Source: Vulcanimicrobiota bacterium (lineage in GTDB: Bacteria > Vulcanimicrobiota > Xenobia > Xenobiales > JADMJV01). Taken from it: DNA of 64,000 nt. The DNA is taken from positions 2,086,210 to 2,150,209 of the forward strand of contig JBFWNU010000001.1 of the NCBI GenBank assembly GCA_050250895.1, written 5' to 3'. A program made the translations under genes and the position numbers. Each line of letters begins with the position of its first letter. Position 1 is the first letter of the stretch. This document shows positions 18,749 to 27,865 of the stretch, piece by piece. The notes under the pieces were generated by a model. It was not told where the DNA came from. It worked only from the letters and a program-made list of their open reading frames with translations, and searched no databases.

Positions 18749-19882
18749 ATGAAAATCTCACCTCAGCCGCCAAGGTCTCATCGCAGCTCTAACTTCGGTG
18801 CGGGGGTCACCAACGAGTTAGGGGAAGCGATCCGTTACGCGGGCCCCGAAGATGGGCGTTCGCATCCTAACAGGTTGGTCCAGAAACTGGCCAAGCCACT
18901 GGTGGCCGGCCTGGTGGCCACCGCCTATCGAGTCGAAGTCGAGGGCATCGAGAATTTTCCCCAGCAGGGCGCCCATGTCTACACACCCACTCACCCCAGC
19001 ATCTTCGACCCGCCGGTAGTCGCCGGCATCGTCAAGCGCGACATGCGCTACATGGCCGACATCGGGTTGTTCAAGAATTCGGTGGGCGCCAAATTGCTCA
19101 CCTGGGGAGGCGGATTTCCGGTAGACCGCACCAACCCCTCGCCAGCCACCATCAAGCACGCCGTCGAGGTCGTGCAAGAGGGTCACGGGCTGTGCATCTT
19201 TCCCGAGGGCGGCATTCCCGCCACCCACAAACACGGTCAGATCAACAGTTTCAAGAAGGGCGCCGCCTTTGCCGCCATCCACGGGGGAGCCGAAACGGTG
19301 GTGCCCATCGCCATCGACTATCAGCCCAACACCAAGCCGCGCAAACTCGAGAAGATGTTGGCGCTAGCTACGAGCACGGCTCTAGCAGTTTCTACTGCCC
19401 TGGCCGGTCACCTCGACGGTTGGTGTCGCTGGGCCCCGGCCCTGAGCGGTGCCGTCTCGGGAGCCTACTTGCTGGGCAAGAAGTTGCGTAGCCAGGCCAA
19501 GCACAAGTGGTATAACATCGCTCCCAAAGTTTTGGCCGGTCTCGGAGGGGGCGCCGTCGGCGGCGCTCTGGGGGCAACCGCTGCCACCATCGCCACGGGC
19601 CTGGTGAACGGGCCGGCGGGATTCGCTCTAGGCGTGGCGCTGGGTGGCTCGGGCGGCTTCTTTGGCTATAAGTTTGCCGAGGCTTTCATCAATCGCGACG
19701 TAGCCCGGGTCAAAGTGGGGGAACCCATTCCCGTCGCGCCCTACCGCGACGACCCCAAAGGGGTCGACCACCTCACCGAAGAGATGCATCGTCGCATCGG
19801 CAACCTGAAAGCCGATCTGACCGGGGTGCCTTACGACGACAAGGCCCCGAAGTTCTTGCGCGGCTTCCTCGAGCACAAGTAG
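18749..19882 (+). CDS. Lysophospholipid/glycerol-phosphate acyltransferase (PlsC-like, HX4D) with a roughly 170-aa Gly-zipper membrane C-terminal extension
   Basis: HPSIFD (HX4D) and FPEGG motifs. C-terminal GxxxG-rich tail (GLGGGAVGGALGATAATIATG...GGSGGFFGY). Confidence 0.78.
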   Translation: MKISPQPPRSHRSSNFGAGVTNELGEAIRYAGPEDGRSHPNRLVQKLAKPLVAGLVATAYRVEVEGIENFPQQGAHVYTPTHPSIFDPPVVAGIVKRDMRYMADIGLFKNSVGAKLLTWGGGFPVDRTNPSPATIKHAVEVVQEGHGLCIFPEGGIPATHKHGQINSFKKGAAFAAIHGGAETVVPIAIDYQPNTKPRKLEKMLALATSTALAVSTALAGHLDGWCRWAPALSGAVSGAYLLGKKLRSQAKHKWYNIAPKVLAGLGGGAVGGALGATAATIATGLVNGPAGFALGVALGGSGGFFGYKFAEAFINRDVARVKVGEPIPVAPYRDDPKGVDHLTEEMHRRIGNLKADLTGVPYDDKAPKFLRGFLEHK

Positions 19883-19968
19883 GCGGACTGTTCATATCCT
19901 GGAAATGGCAGGCCTCGACCGTTGGGCTATTCTTCTCGAGTCAAAACAGATAGAGGAGAACTCCCGTC

Positions 19969-20460
19969 GTGGTCATTACGTCAAATTATTCACCGGTTCG
20001 CGCCGCCAACACCCCCGCTCCGGCTCCCCAGCCGACGCCCCCCCAGCAACAGGATCAGGTTAGCCTGGGTGAGGGACAGGCCGACACCAGTCTGCTCGGC
20101 TATCTAAAAGCCCATGGCGAGTTCTTCGGAGCCACCGCCGGCGTCGCCATCGGCGCCGGGCTGGCCCTCAACAACGCCGCTCCCGGCTCGACCATCTTCT
20201 TCCACTCGCTGCTGGGTGGCCTGGGTGGCGAGATCGTCGGCGGCCTCTTCTCGGAAAAGACCGAGAGCGCTCCCGAGCTACCCAAAGCTCTGGCCTACTT
20301 CAAGCAGAACGCCAGCACCATCGGAGCCCTGGCGGGCATCGGCGTGGGTCTCTACCTGGCCCAGGGCGCCGGTCCGCTGACCGGCGGCACCATCTTCTAC
20401 AACTCCCTCTTCGGCGCCCTCGGCGGCGGCGTCGTGGGCGGCCTCATCGAGAACAGCTAG
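19969..20460 (+). CDS. Glycine-zipper (GxxxG repeat) small membrane protein, internally duplicated
   Basis: GTG start with RBS GAGGAG 9 nt upstream. Two roughly 55-aa repeats (GAxAG[VI]A/G[IV]G..L......G.TIF[FY][HN]SL[LF]G.LGG..VGGL). The composition resembles the tail of the upstream acyltransferase. Confidence 0.55.
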   Translation: MVITSNYSPVRAANTPAPAPQPTPPQQQDQVSLGEGQADTSLLGYLKAHGEFFGATAGVAIGAGLALNNAAPGSTIFFHSLLGGLGGEIVGGLFSEKTESAPELPKALAYFKQNASTIGALAGIGVGLYLAQGAGPLTGGTIFYNSLFGALGGGVVGGLIENS

Positions 20461-20472
20461 GCTGCCAGCCGG

Positions 20473-21756
20473 TTAGAAGACCGAGGCCAGGTTCATGAAC
20501 GGCATCCCCAGAGTGATGATCACTCCGCCGATGCCGATCCCAACCAGCACCATCATGACCGGTTCGAGGGTGGCGGTCAGCGCGTCGAGCCGGGTATAGA
20601 CCTTCTGCTCGTAGAAGTCGGCCACTTTGTTTAGCATGCGCTCGAGTTGGCCCGACTCTTCGCCGGCCGCTACCATGCCCACGGCCGTGTCGACAAAGTA
20701 AGGGTTGGCGCGCAGGCACTCCGACAGCGGTTTGCCCTCTTTGATGGCCTCTTGAGTCTGTTTGATGGTATCGCGGATCAGGCTGTTGCCGGCGCTGCTG
20801 GCGGTCAGTTGCAGAGCGTCGAGCAGCGGTACGCCGCTGGCATAGAGCAGCGACAGCGTGCGGGCGAAGCGAGCGGTGTAAAGGACCCGAAAGGTCTCGG
20901 CGAAGGGTGGCAAAGATAGCTTGAGGCGGTCCACGGCGGCTTCGCCGGTTGGGCTGCGCAGACCCAGTCGGATAGCCACCGCGGCCCCCAGCGCAAGCAG
21001 GAAGGCAAGCAGTTTGTGGTCGGCCAGCATACCTCCCATGGCCACCACCATCCGGGTGGCGAAGGGCAACTCGATGCCGAGTCCGCCGTAGAGTTCGCGC
21101 AGATACGGGATGCCGAAGGCCATGATCAGGCAGACCAGAATGCCAGCGAAGACGACGACCACCACCGGATAGGTGAGAGCGCTCTTGACCTTATCTTTCA
21201 ACGCTTCGGTCTTCTCGATATAGTCGGCCACGCGATTGAGCATCTCGGGCATCTCGCCCGCCGACTCGCCGGCCTTGACCATGTTGATGAAGAAGCTGTC
21301 GAAGATGGCGGTGTGAGCGCTCAGCGCCGCCGAAAAGGGAGCCCCCCCGCCAAGCTGGGTGGACATGTCCATGATGACCAGGCGCAAGGCCCGATTCTCG
21401 GTGTCGCCATAGATGGTGTCGAGTGCTCGTTTGAGGGGGATGCCGCCGTCGAGCATGGCGGCCAGCGTCTGGCTGAAGTTGAGCAGGTCTTCGCCGCGGA
21501 TGCCGGTGGTCAGCGAGAAGAAAGGCCGGCCGGTCTTCTCTTCCAGGCGCGTGACATAGGCAAAGCGCTCTGACAGCAACTCCATGGCGGCGTTGCGATT
21601 GTCAGCCTCGAGACGACCGGCAAACCGTTTGCCCTCCTCGTCACGGGCGCTATAGTGATATTCAGGCACTTCTGGAAGAGTTGGCGAAGACCGGCTTCTC
21701 TCCTCCGTCGGCGGCCTCCAGGAATTGAGCGGGGCCGGCGCAAAGCTTCCAGGCAT
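20473..21756 (-). CDS. pilC: Type II secretion system F / PilC family inner-membrane platform protein
   Basis: Two T2SSF repeats (LAAMLDGGIPLKRAL... and LYASGVPLLDALQLTA...), three transmembrane segments, about 400 aa. The true start may lie downstream of the Pro/Arg-rich N-terminus. Confidence 0.87.
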   Translation of the reverse strand: MPGSFAPAPLNSWRPPTEERSRSSPTLPEVPEYHYSARDEEGKRFAGRLEADNRNAAMELLSERFAYVTRLEEKTGRPFFSLTTGIRGEDLLNFSQTLAAMLDGGIPLKRALDTIYGDTENRALRLVIMDMSTQLGGGAPFSAALSAHTAIFDSFFINMVKAGESAGEMPEMLNRVADYIEKTEALKDKVKSALTYPVVVVVFAGILVCLIMAFGIPYLRELYGGLGIELPFATRMVVAMGGMLADHKLLAFLLALGAAVAIRLGLRSPTGEAAVDRLKLSLPPFAETFRVLYTARFARTLSLLYASGVPLLDALQLTASSAGNSLIRDTIKQTQEAIKEGKPLSECLRANPYFVDTAVGMVAAGEESGQLERMLNKVADFYEQKVYTRLDALTATLEPVMMVLVGIGIGGVIITLGMPFMNLASVF

Positions 21757-22126
21757 GGCCGTAGTCTATCTTGGCGAAGACACTCCCACCCAGGCCCTGT
21801 TCGTGCGCGGTATCCTGGGACGCGATCCCGATCTCGAGGTGACCGTCTTCGAAGACGGGCTCGAGCTCTATCTGGCCGTGCAGACAGCGCCCCCCGACCT
21901 GATTATCTCGGACATCGTCCTGCCCACGGTTGACGGACTGGCCATCGCTCGCCTGCTCAAGCATCACGAAAGCTATCTCAACATCCCGTTCTTGCTTGTC
22001 TCGTCGATGTCGGCCGAAGAGGTGGGGGGCTTGCAGCAGATTGGGGCCGACGCCTTTTTGCCCAAGCCTCTCAAGGCCGCTAGCCTGCGCGAGATGGTGA
22101 GCCGCCTGCTGGGAGCTCGAGCGTGA
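21755..22126 (+). CDS. Stand-alone CheY-like response regulator receiver domain
   Basis: Receiver-domain pattern (DLIISDIVLPTVDGL...) with no output domain. It is divergent from pilC. Confidence 0.72.
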   Translation: MAVVYLGEDTPTQALFVRGILGRDPDLEVTVFEDGLELYLAVQTAPPDLIISDIVLPTVDGLAIARLLKHHESYLNIPFLLVSSMSAEEVGGLQQIGADAFLPKPLKAASLREMVSRLLGARA

Positions 22127-22998
22127 TCAAGGTGGAGGAGGGTCATCGCCTTCAGGTGGTGGCCAATGGCGGTTGGGACGACCGCATCACCATGGTCGAG
22201 TGTGGCGAACTGGTGCGCTCCTACCTGCTCAAAACCCGCAATTTCTTGCTGGTCTACGACACCCTGCTCGGGCCGGTGAGCGGGGCCTGGCTGCGCCAGC
22301 GGGCCCTCGAGTTGGCCGAGGAACGGCCGATTCTGGTCTTCAACAGCCACGCCGATTGGGACCACTACTTTGGTAATCAGGCTTTCGTCGAGCCGATTCT
22401 CGGCTCGCGCGAGTGTCGGCGGCGGGTGCTCGAGGTGGCCGGTGAGGGCGAGCTGGCTCGCAAGCGCCAGGACTGTCTGGATAGCTATGGCCCGGTCCAG
22501 TTGGTGGCGCCGACGGTCGTGTTCGATGGCGAGCCCACTCTCGACGGCGGCGACCTGACCATCCAGGCCCTATTCACGCCTGGCCATCGACCGGACCACC
22601 TGGCTCTGTGGGTGCCCGAGATTCGCACCCTCTTCCCCGGCGACTGCCTGGAGCGGCCGATTCCCCTGGTGGACGAGGAGAGCACGCCGACCTCAGGCAC
22701 TCTCGAGCAGCTCATCGCCAGCCTCACCCGCCTGCGAGGTCTCGAGCCCGAATGGGTGCTGGCCAATCACGCTCCCCCCTGCCACGGCTGCGGGCTGCTC
22801 GATGACAACCTGGGCTACTTGACCGGCGTCTTGCAGGCCGCTCGCGGCAGTGCCAGCCTCGACCAACTGTCCCAGTCCTGCCCGGCGCCCGAAGGCTGCG
22901 AAGGCTATTATCTCGACGAGCACCGCCGCACTCTCGAGGTGGCCTTCAGCCAGACCCGCGATACTCCTGGGATTGGGGCGGTGGATACTCGATGCTAG
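22123..22998 (+). CDS. MBL-fold metallo-hydrolase
   Basis: HADWDH (HxHxDH) motif and downstream His/Asp ligands. GTG start overlapping the receiver-gene stop. Confidence 0.78.
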   Translation: MIKVEEGHRLQVVANGGWDDRITMVECGELVRSYLLKTRNFLLVYDTLLGPVSGAWLRQRALELAEERPILVFNSHADWDHYFGNQAFVEPILGSRECRRRVLEVAGEGELARKRQDCLDSYGPVQLVAPTVVFDGEPTLDGGDLTIQALFTPGHRPDHLALWVPEIRTLFPGDCLERPIPLVDEESTPTSGTLEQLIASLTRLRGLEPEWVLANHAPPCHGCGLLDDNLGYLTGVLQAARGSASLDQLSQSCPAPEGCEGYYLDEHRRTLEVAFSQTRDTPGIGAVDTRC

Positions 22999-23060
22999 CA
23001 ACCGCGGGCAGCAAAGCCAGCAGGACGAGGGCCAGCAGACTTCTCGGCATCCTCATCCGG

Positions 23061-24812
23061 TTACTTCTCGGACCGCTCCGCGAGATAAGCCTCAACGGCG
23101 TCAACCATCCTCTGCGGAGTCAAGCCGTTAAGAACGAGCAAGCGCTCCACCGGCTTGCGCTTCTTAGTTTGGTGGTCGTCGTAGACCAGTTCGATGCTGA
23201 ACTCAAGAGTCTGACCGTCCTTGAGGGTGGCGAGCAGGCTGAGGTCTTGCCATGAGTTCCATTCGTAGCCTCTGGCCGAGCCGGTCTCGACGGCTCCCCG
23301 CAACTCTAGACTCGCGAGGTCGGAGCCTTCGACAATCAGATGGCGGAGTGCCTGATTGACTTCTTGGAGTGCTTTGTGTTCGGTGGTTCCTCGAACGGTG
23401 GAAGCAGTCCAATCGCCTTCTAGACCTTGCTCGAGAGAACTCTGATCCATTCCGTTGACGAGCAAGACAGGGTCTCGCGAGAGGAAGAAATCGCGGGTGG
23501 GTTTCGCATCGGTCGTGCCGATAAGCCGGTCCGACAGCCAGTGCCAAGTTACGACAGTGACCACTCTACCGTCGGGACAGCGCAGGCGTGCCCGGCCCGG
23601 TCCGAAGGGTCCGCTCTCGAGGTCCAGAATCGAGTATCCGCCCGACTCGACTTCTTGACGAAATCGGGCCTCTGCCATCTGTGAGAAGTCTTCTGGCTGA
23701 AGTGACTTCATCAGCGAGGTGTCGTCTGCGACGCTATCCACCCTCCAAGTTCCATCGACCTTCTTTAGTAGACACAAGCCGCTGTAGGAGTTGCGCTCGG
23801 CCGGCCTTGGAGTAGGCTCGCTCTCTTCATCGGGCAGTCGAGTCGAGCGGGCGAAGCGCAGCAGAGCCTGGTTGCCGTCCCCACTGTAGCCAGGTCGCGA
23901 GAAACTGAACCACCCGGGGCAAAGCGGATAAAGACGGTAGAAGTCTCTGGCCTGGCGAGGTATTTCGTCGCGGTTTATGAACAGCGTCGCTCGCCCACCC
24001 AGTCTAAATTGCGGAGGATGGACGAGAGACACCTTGTTCCGCGAGCGGGCCGAGGCCAGCAATTCGGCCGACAGACCTGGCATCGCTTCGAGCCAACGTC
24101 GGTCGACGACAGCCATCGTCCACTCGTCGCCCCCCCAACCTGAGGCTGTGGGCGAAAGAATGAGGGGCTCTCCCGGGCAATCGCCAAAGAGCTGCTCGAA
24201 AGCTGCCTGAATTACCAGATAATCGGGCTCGGCCCCGGTAGCCTGCATGGATGGTGCCGGGTCAGCGTATTCGAGGTCGACCGAGATCGTGGCAACAGCT
24301 CGAGGTCGCACACCCTCGACCACGCGTTGGCTGAACTGGTCAAGAAGCGTCGGCAGGTGGTCGTCGAGTCTCCGCATCAGTTCGGCGTCGGCCTGGCGGC
24401 CAGACCAGGGATCTGGGTCGAATTTGAAGGCAGGGAAGGACTCGGCGATTTCTGCTTTGACCAGGAGTGGATGGCATGAGACGTTGCGGAACGTCAATTC
24501 CAGTTCTACGCGCTCGTAATCCTCGTGCGGCTTGAGAGTCGGGCAGTTAAGTCCCAGGCTATAGCCGTCAAAGGGGGTGTTTTGGCCCACTCGCAGACTC
24601 CATACCTCGCATTCAACCCCCAGTTCTTTCTCCAATCGGGCCGCGGTCTGCTCGAGGACGACGGCCCAACGCTCCACTTGCCTGGCCAATTCTGGATTCA
24701 TGTGCCGTTCCTCAATCTCTGCTCCACACACCGGGCAGATTGACGAATAGGCGGGGGACAAAGCACAAAGCAACAACACGATTGTCAGAGCCCGCCGGAA
24801 AGAGCAATCCAC
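23061..24812 (-). CDS. Large secreted hypothetical protein (about 580 aa)
   Basis: The long ORF is 23061..25013, but its 5' end overlaps the upstream gene. A GTG at 24812 gives the signal-like N-terminus VDCSFRRALTIVLLLCALSPAYSS. No recognisable domain. Confidence 0.5.
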   Translation of the reverse strand: MDCSFRRALTIVLLLCALSPAYSSICPVCGAEIEERHMNPELARQVERWAVVLEQTAARLEKELGVECEVWSLRVGQNTPFDGYSLGLNCPTLKPHEDYERVELELTFRNVSCHPLLVKAEIAESFPAFKFDPDPWSGRQADAELMRRLDDHLPTLLDQFSQRVVEGVRPRAVATISVDLEYADPAPSMQATGAEPDYLVIQAAFEQLFGDCPGEPLILSPTASGWGGDEWTMAVVDRRWLEAMPGLSAELLASARSRNKVSLVHPPQFRLGGRATLFINRDEIPRQARDFYRLYPLCPGWFSFSRPGYSGDGNQALLRFARSTRLPDEESEPTPRPAERNSYSGLCLLKKVDGTWRVDSVADDTSLMKSLQPEDFSQMAEARFRQEVESGGYSILDLESGPFGPGRARLRCPDGRVVTVVTWHWLSDRLIGTTDAKPTRDFFLSRDPVLLVNGMDQSSLEQGLEGDWTASTVRGTTEHKALQEVNQALRHLIVEGSDLASLELRGAVETGSARGYEWNSWQDLSLLATLKDGQTLEFSIELVYDDHQTKKRKPVERLLVLNGLTPQRMVDAVEAYLAERSEK

Positions 24813-24855
24813 TGTGACGTTTTCTCGTTGCTGGGGAAGCCGGCCTGCCGGCCCT

Positions 24856-25854
24856 CTAATCGTGGACCAGTCGTACGCGGCCGGGCCCGTAGGCCAATGG
24901 CAACACTCGTGTTGCCTGGCCGTCTTCAAGGTTTCTTCGAAAGATAGCGGGCGCGGCTCCGTCGCTATCAACATAGAGAAACGAGGTCGCATCGATCCAC
25001 CGAGCCCCTCCACCTCTGGTAACCGAGTGGGCCTGTTCGGTGGTCAGGTTCAGCAGCCAAACCTCCCCTGCCTCGTCACCCTCTCGCTGGAAGACCGCGT
25101 CCACCAACAAATGCCGACCATCAGGCGAGGGGTTCAGAGTCGAAGCACTGCTCAGTTGCCCATCGGGAATGATCTGACTCAAATTCCAGGTCTTCAAGAC
25201 GCTTCCATTCAGATCGACCTGAACAAGCTTCGTGAAGGTGTGACAATAGAGCGAACAACCATCTGGCGCCCAGCCGATGGAGTGGTAGAAGTGATCCCTC
25301 TCGGCCTCAACCAGCACGCGCAGCCCGCTGCCATCTGGCGCGATAACGGCCAGGTCCCAACCGTCTCCGGGATTGAAGTAGAAGGCCAGTAGGCGGCCAT
25401 CGGGTGACCAGGCGGGCTCGATGCAGTTGTGGGCGGGGACGTTGGGGACGAGTCTGACCTCGCCAGAGGCTACCTCGGCCAGAGCTAACTTTCGTTCGGG
25501 CCCAGCCGGAGTGTCCTTACCAACGGTTACGAAGGCGACCCTCGTGCCGTCGGGAGAAAGGTCTGGATGGAGGCCACGCGTGATCTCACGAACGTTGCTG
25601 CCATCAAGATTGCAGACCCGAATCTTCAGATCTTCCTTCTCGAAGGCGAAGCGATAGCTGTCCGCCTGGGCCGATAGGCAGAGCAAGACCACGATGGACG
25701 CGATAGGCCAAAATCGGACGAAGAGGGCGGAAACGGGTATGCGCGTGCCCCGGAACACCCAGGCTCCGCTGAGACGACCAGGGTGCCTCTCTAGAGCCTC
25801 ACAATGATTCCAATCTTCCAACCTCGCCTGCCTCCTCGAAGCTTTGATAGACAT
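24856..25854 (-). CDS. TolB-like PD40 beta-propeller protein, secreted
   Basis: Repeated SPDG/APDG blade motifs (LSPDGTRVAF, WSPDGRLLAF, APDGSGL, WAPDGCSL, PSPDGRHL) and a hydrophobic signal region. Confidence 0.7.
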   Translation of the reverse strand: MSIKASRRQARLEDWNHCEALERHPGRLSGAWVFRGTRIPVSALFVRFWPIASIVVLLCLSAQADSYRFAFEKEDLKIRVCNLDGSNVREITRGLHPDLSPDGTRVAFVTVGKDTPAGPERKLALAEVASGEVRLVPNVPAHNCIEPAWSPDGRLLAFYFNPGDGWDLAVIAPDGSGLRVLVEAERDHFYHSIGWAPDGCSLYCHTFTKLVQVDLNGSVLKTWNLSQIIPDGQLSSASTLNPSPDGRHLLVDAVFQREGDEAGEVWLLNLTTEQAHSVTRGGGARWIDATSFLYVDSDGAAPAIFRRNLEDGQATRVLPLAYGPGRVRLVHD

Positions 25855-26058
25855 AGTCTAGCACAACCAGCAGACCGCACCAATTCGGCTCGCCTGTGCC
25901 GAACGGCCGGGACCATTGGGAATAGGCGTTCGCGAGCAGGTCCGCAACCGGTGGCTTCTTGAGGAACCAAGCGCCTATCAGGGAAAGAGCCGGCTCTGCT
26001 CGACCTGTTTAGGCGAGACGACCGGGAATTCGTTGCCGATTGAGAAAGTGCACTTCCC

Positions 26059-26907
26059 ATGGCGGTTGACTATCGCGAAGCGGACGGCAACTACGACCTT
26101 CAGGGGGCCCATCAGTTCACGCTGCTCTGGGGCCAGGGGCTGCGCGAGCATCATAAGGTGCTCGATGTCGGCTGCGGCTCGTTGTGTCTCGGGCGCCTGT
26201 TGATTCCGTTCTTGCGGCCCGGGTTGTATGTCGGTCTCGAGCCCAACGCCGCTCTGGTCGAGGCGGGCTTGAAGCACGAGTCGGGTCACGAGATCACCCA
26301 GGTCAAGCAGCCGGTATTCTTGAGCAACTCAGACTATGACGCGAGCGAGCACGGCCCGTTGGACTTCATCATCGTCCATTCGGTCTTCACTCACGCCGGG
26401 TTGGCCGAGATCGAGACTGCCCTGAGTCGTCTGCATCAGGTTCTCAAGCCTGACGGAGTCCTGTTGGCGACTTTTGTGCTCGACGAGGAGCAACCCGGAC
26501 ACACGGGTGAGTGGGTCTATCCTCTTTGTGTGAGCCACCGCAGGGGAGAGTTGCTTCCCCTGGCCCGCAAATTGGGCTATCAGGCCGAGGTGATGCCGCA
26601 ACTCTACCCGGTCTCGGTGGCCTATCGTCGGGGCGACACCAACCGCGCGCTGCCACAGACCTGGCTACGGTTCCGGCAGCGGGTCGAGGCCGAGCAACAG
26701 GCTCGCTGGCGAACATCACCTTGGGAGCCACTTGCTCATAAGCCGGCGGCACCAGTTCTTGAAAACCCGATTCGGTGCCCCGACGATAGGCTCGGTCGAC
26801 CTGGGCCAAATAGGCCAGAAACGGTTCGCGCGCTTCTTCTACGGCTTCTTCGTCAGAGTCGGCCAGATAGAGGGGAAAGTTCATCAAGATCCGGGCCGGA
26901 TGGCTAA
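26059..26907 (+). CDS. Class I SAM-dependent methyltransferase (3' end uncertain)
   Basis: Motif I VLDVGCGSLCLG and the post-I acidic residue. The protein-like sequence stops near 26716; the remainder of the ORF is Arg/Pro-rich read-through that overlaps an antisense luciferase-like remnant. Confidence 0.58.
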   Translation: MAVDYREADGNYDLQGAHQFTLLWGQGLREHHKVLDVGCGSLCLGRLLIPFLRPGLYVGLEPNAALVEAGLKHESGHEITQVKQPVFLSNSDYDASEHGPLDFIIVHSVFTHAGLAEIETALSRLHQVLKPDGVLLATFVLDEEQPGHTGEWVYPLCVSHRRGELLPLARKLGYQAEVMPQLYPVSVAYRRGDTNRALPQTWLRFRQRVEAEQQARWRTSPWEPLAHKPAAPVLENPIRCPDDRLGRPGPNRPETVRALLLRLLRQSRPDRGESSSRSGPDG

Positions 26908-27494
26908 AGCCGGCGGCGCGGCGGGCTTGCTCGAATATCTGGAGGTTGGCCTCGAGTTCTTCATCGCTGCGATTGTAAGGGTTGAGCATCAAGCCGCTGT
27001 CGGTCTGGCCGGCCAGCTCGAAACTGGCGGGATGCGTCGAGGCGGCCATCCACAGTGGCGGATGCGGCGCCTTTCGCAGCCTCTCGAACTGGGCCAGAAA
27101 CCGCTCGGCTCGGGCCTCATAGTCCACGCCATAATAGGCGAACTCGAAGGGAATGAAGCCCCGGCCCAAGCCCAGCTCGGCCCGCCCCCGGGCTGTGTCG
27201 GTCGAGAGTGGTAAAATCCTCGGCCACCCGCAGTCCGTCGTGAAGGGGCAACACCACCACCGCTGCCCCGATGCGCAGAGTTCTCGTCTGAGCCGCCAGC
27301 CAGGCCCCCACCACGGCCGGGCTGGGAATAGGGTCGCCGAACTCGCCACCGTGGTGCTCTGACAGCCAGACCGCCTGCCAGCCCTCGGCTTGCGCCGTCC
27401 GCGCCTGGACCACCAGCTCGTCATAGACCTCAGGCAGACTTAGAGGCTGACTCAAGAACGGGATAAAGAACAAACCGTAGCTGACGTCGCTCAA
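26717..27494 (-). pseudogene. Luciferase-like monooxygenase (LLM, flavin-dependent oxidoreductase): frameshifted and probably 3' truncated
   Basis: The N-terminal LLM part is in one frame (27117..27494: ...WLSEHHGGEF...LRVAEDFTTLD). The continuation (GRAELGLGRGFIPFEF...) is in the +1 frame. The frames switch inside a C3G5 homopolymer (plus-strand CCCCC at about 27185-27189). LLM-like sequence ends near 26717. Confidence 0.65.
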
Positions 27495-27865
27495 GTCGAT
27501 ACCTCCCGAAAAACCCAGGAGTCTCGCCGCTGGCCATTTTTTGGCCAGACGTGGGAGTCGCGGTGCGGGGAGATTGGGGGGACACGCCTGAGCTAGGACC
27601 GGACTTTCTCGGACTTCAGGCTCCCGGCGGCCAGGGAAGCGCGCCCTGGCTAAACTGGGCCTATGAATCTCACTCCATTGACGGCCTTGGCCTCGGCGAC
27701 CCTAGCCAATCCCACAGCCATCTGCGGGTCGAGACGGCGCGAGATCCGCGCCGACGATTACGACCTGTTCCAGTCGTTGAAGCGGTATGTCGATGCCCAC
27801 GGGGACCGGCGTGGCTGAAGACGACATCCTGGAAGTTCTGGTGGTCGAGCCCCGCACCGCCGAGC

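Noticed and set aside
26444-26716. 3' continuation of the LLM-frame ORF (and the 26717-26907 tail of the methyltransferase ORF)
   Set aside because: Beyond about 26717 both frames become Arg/Pro-rich low-complexity. I treated these as read-through rather than genuine coding sequence; the true stops are unclear.
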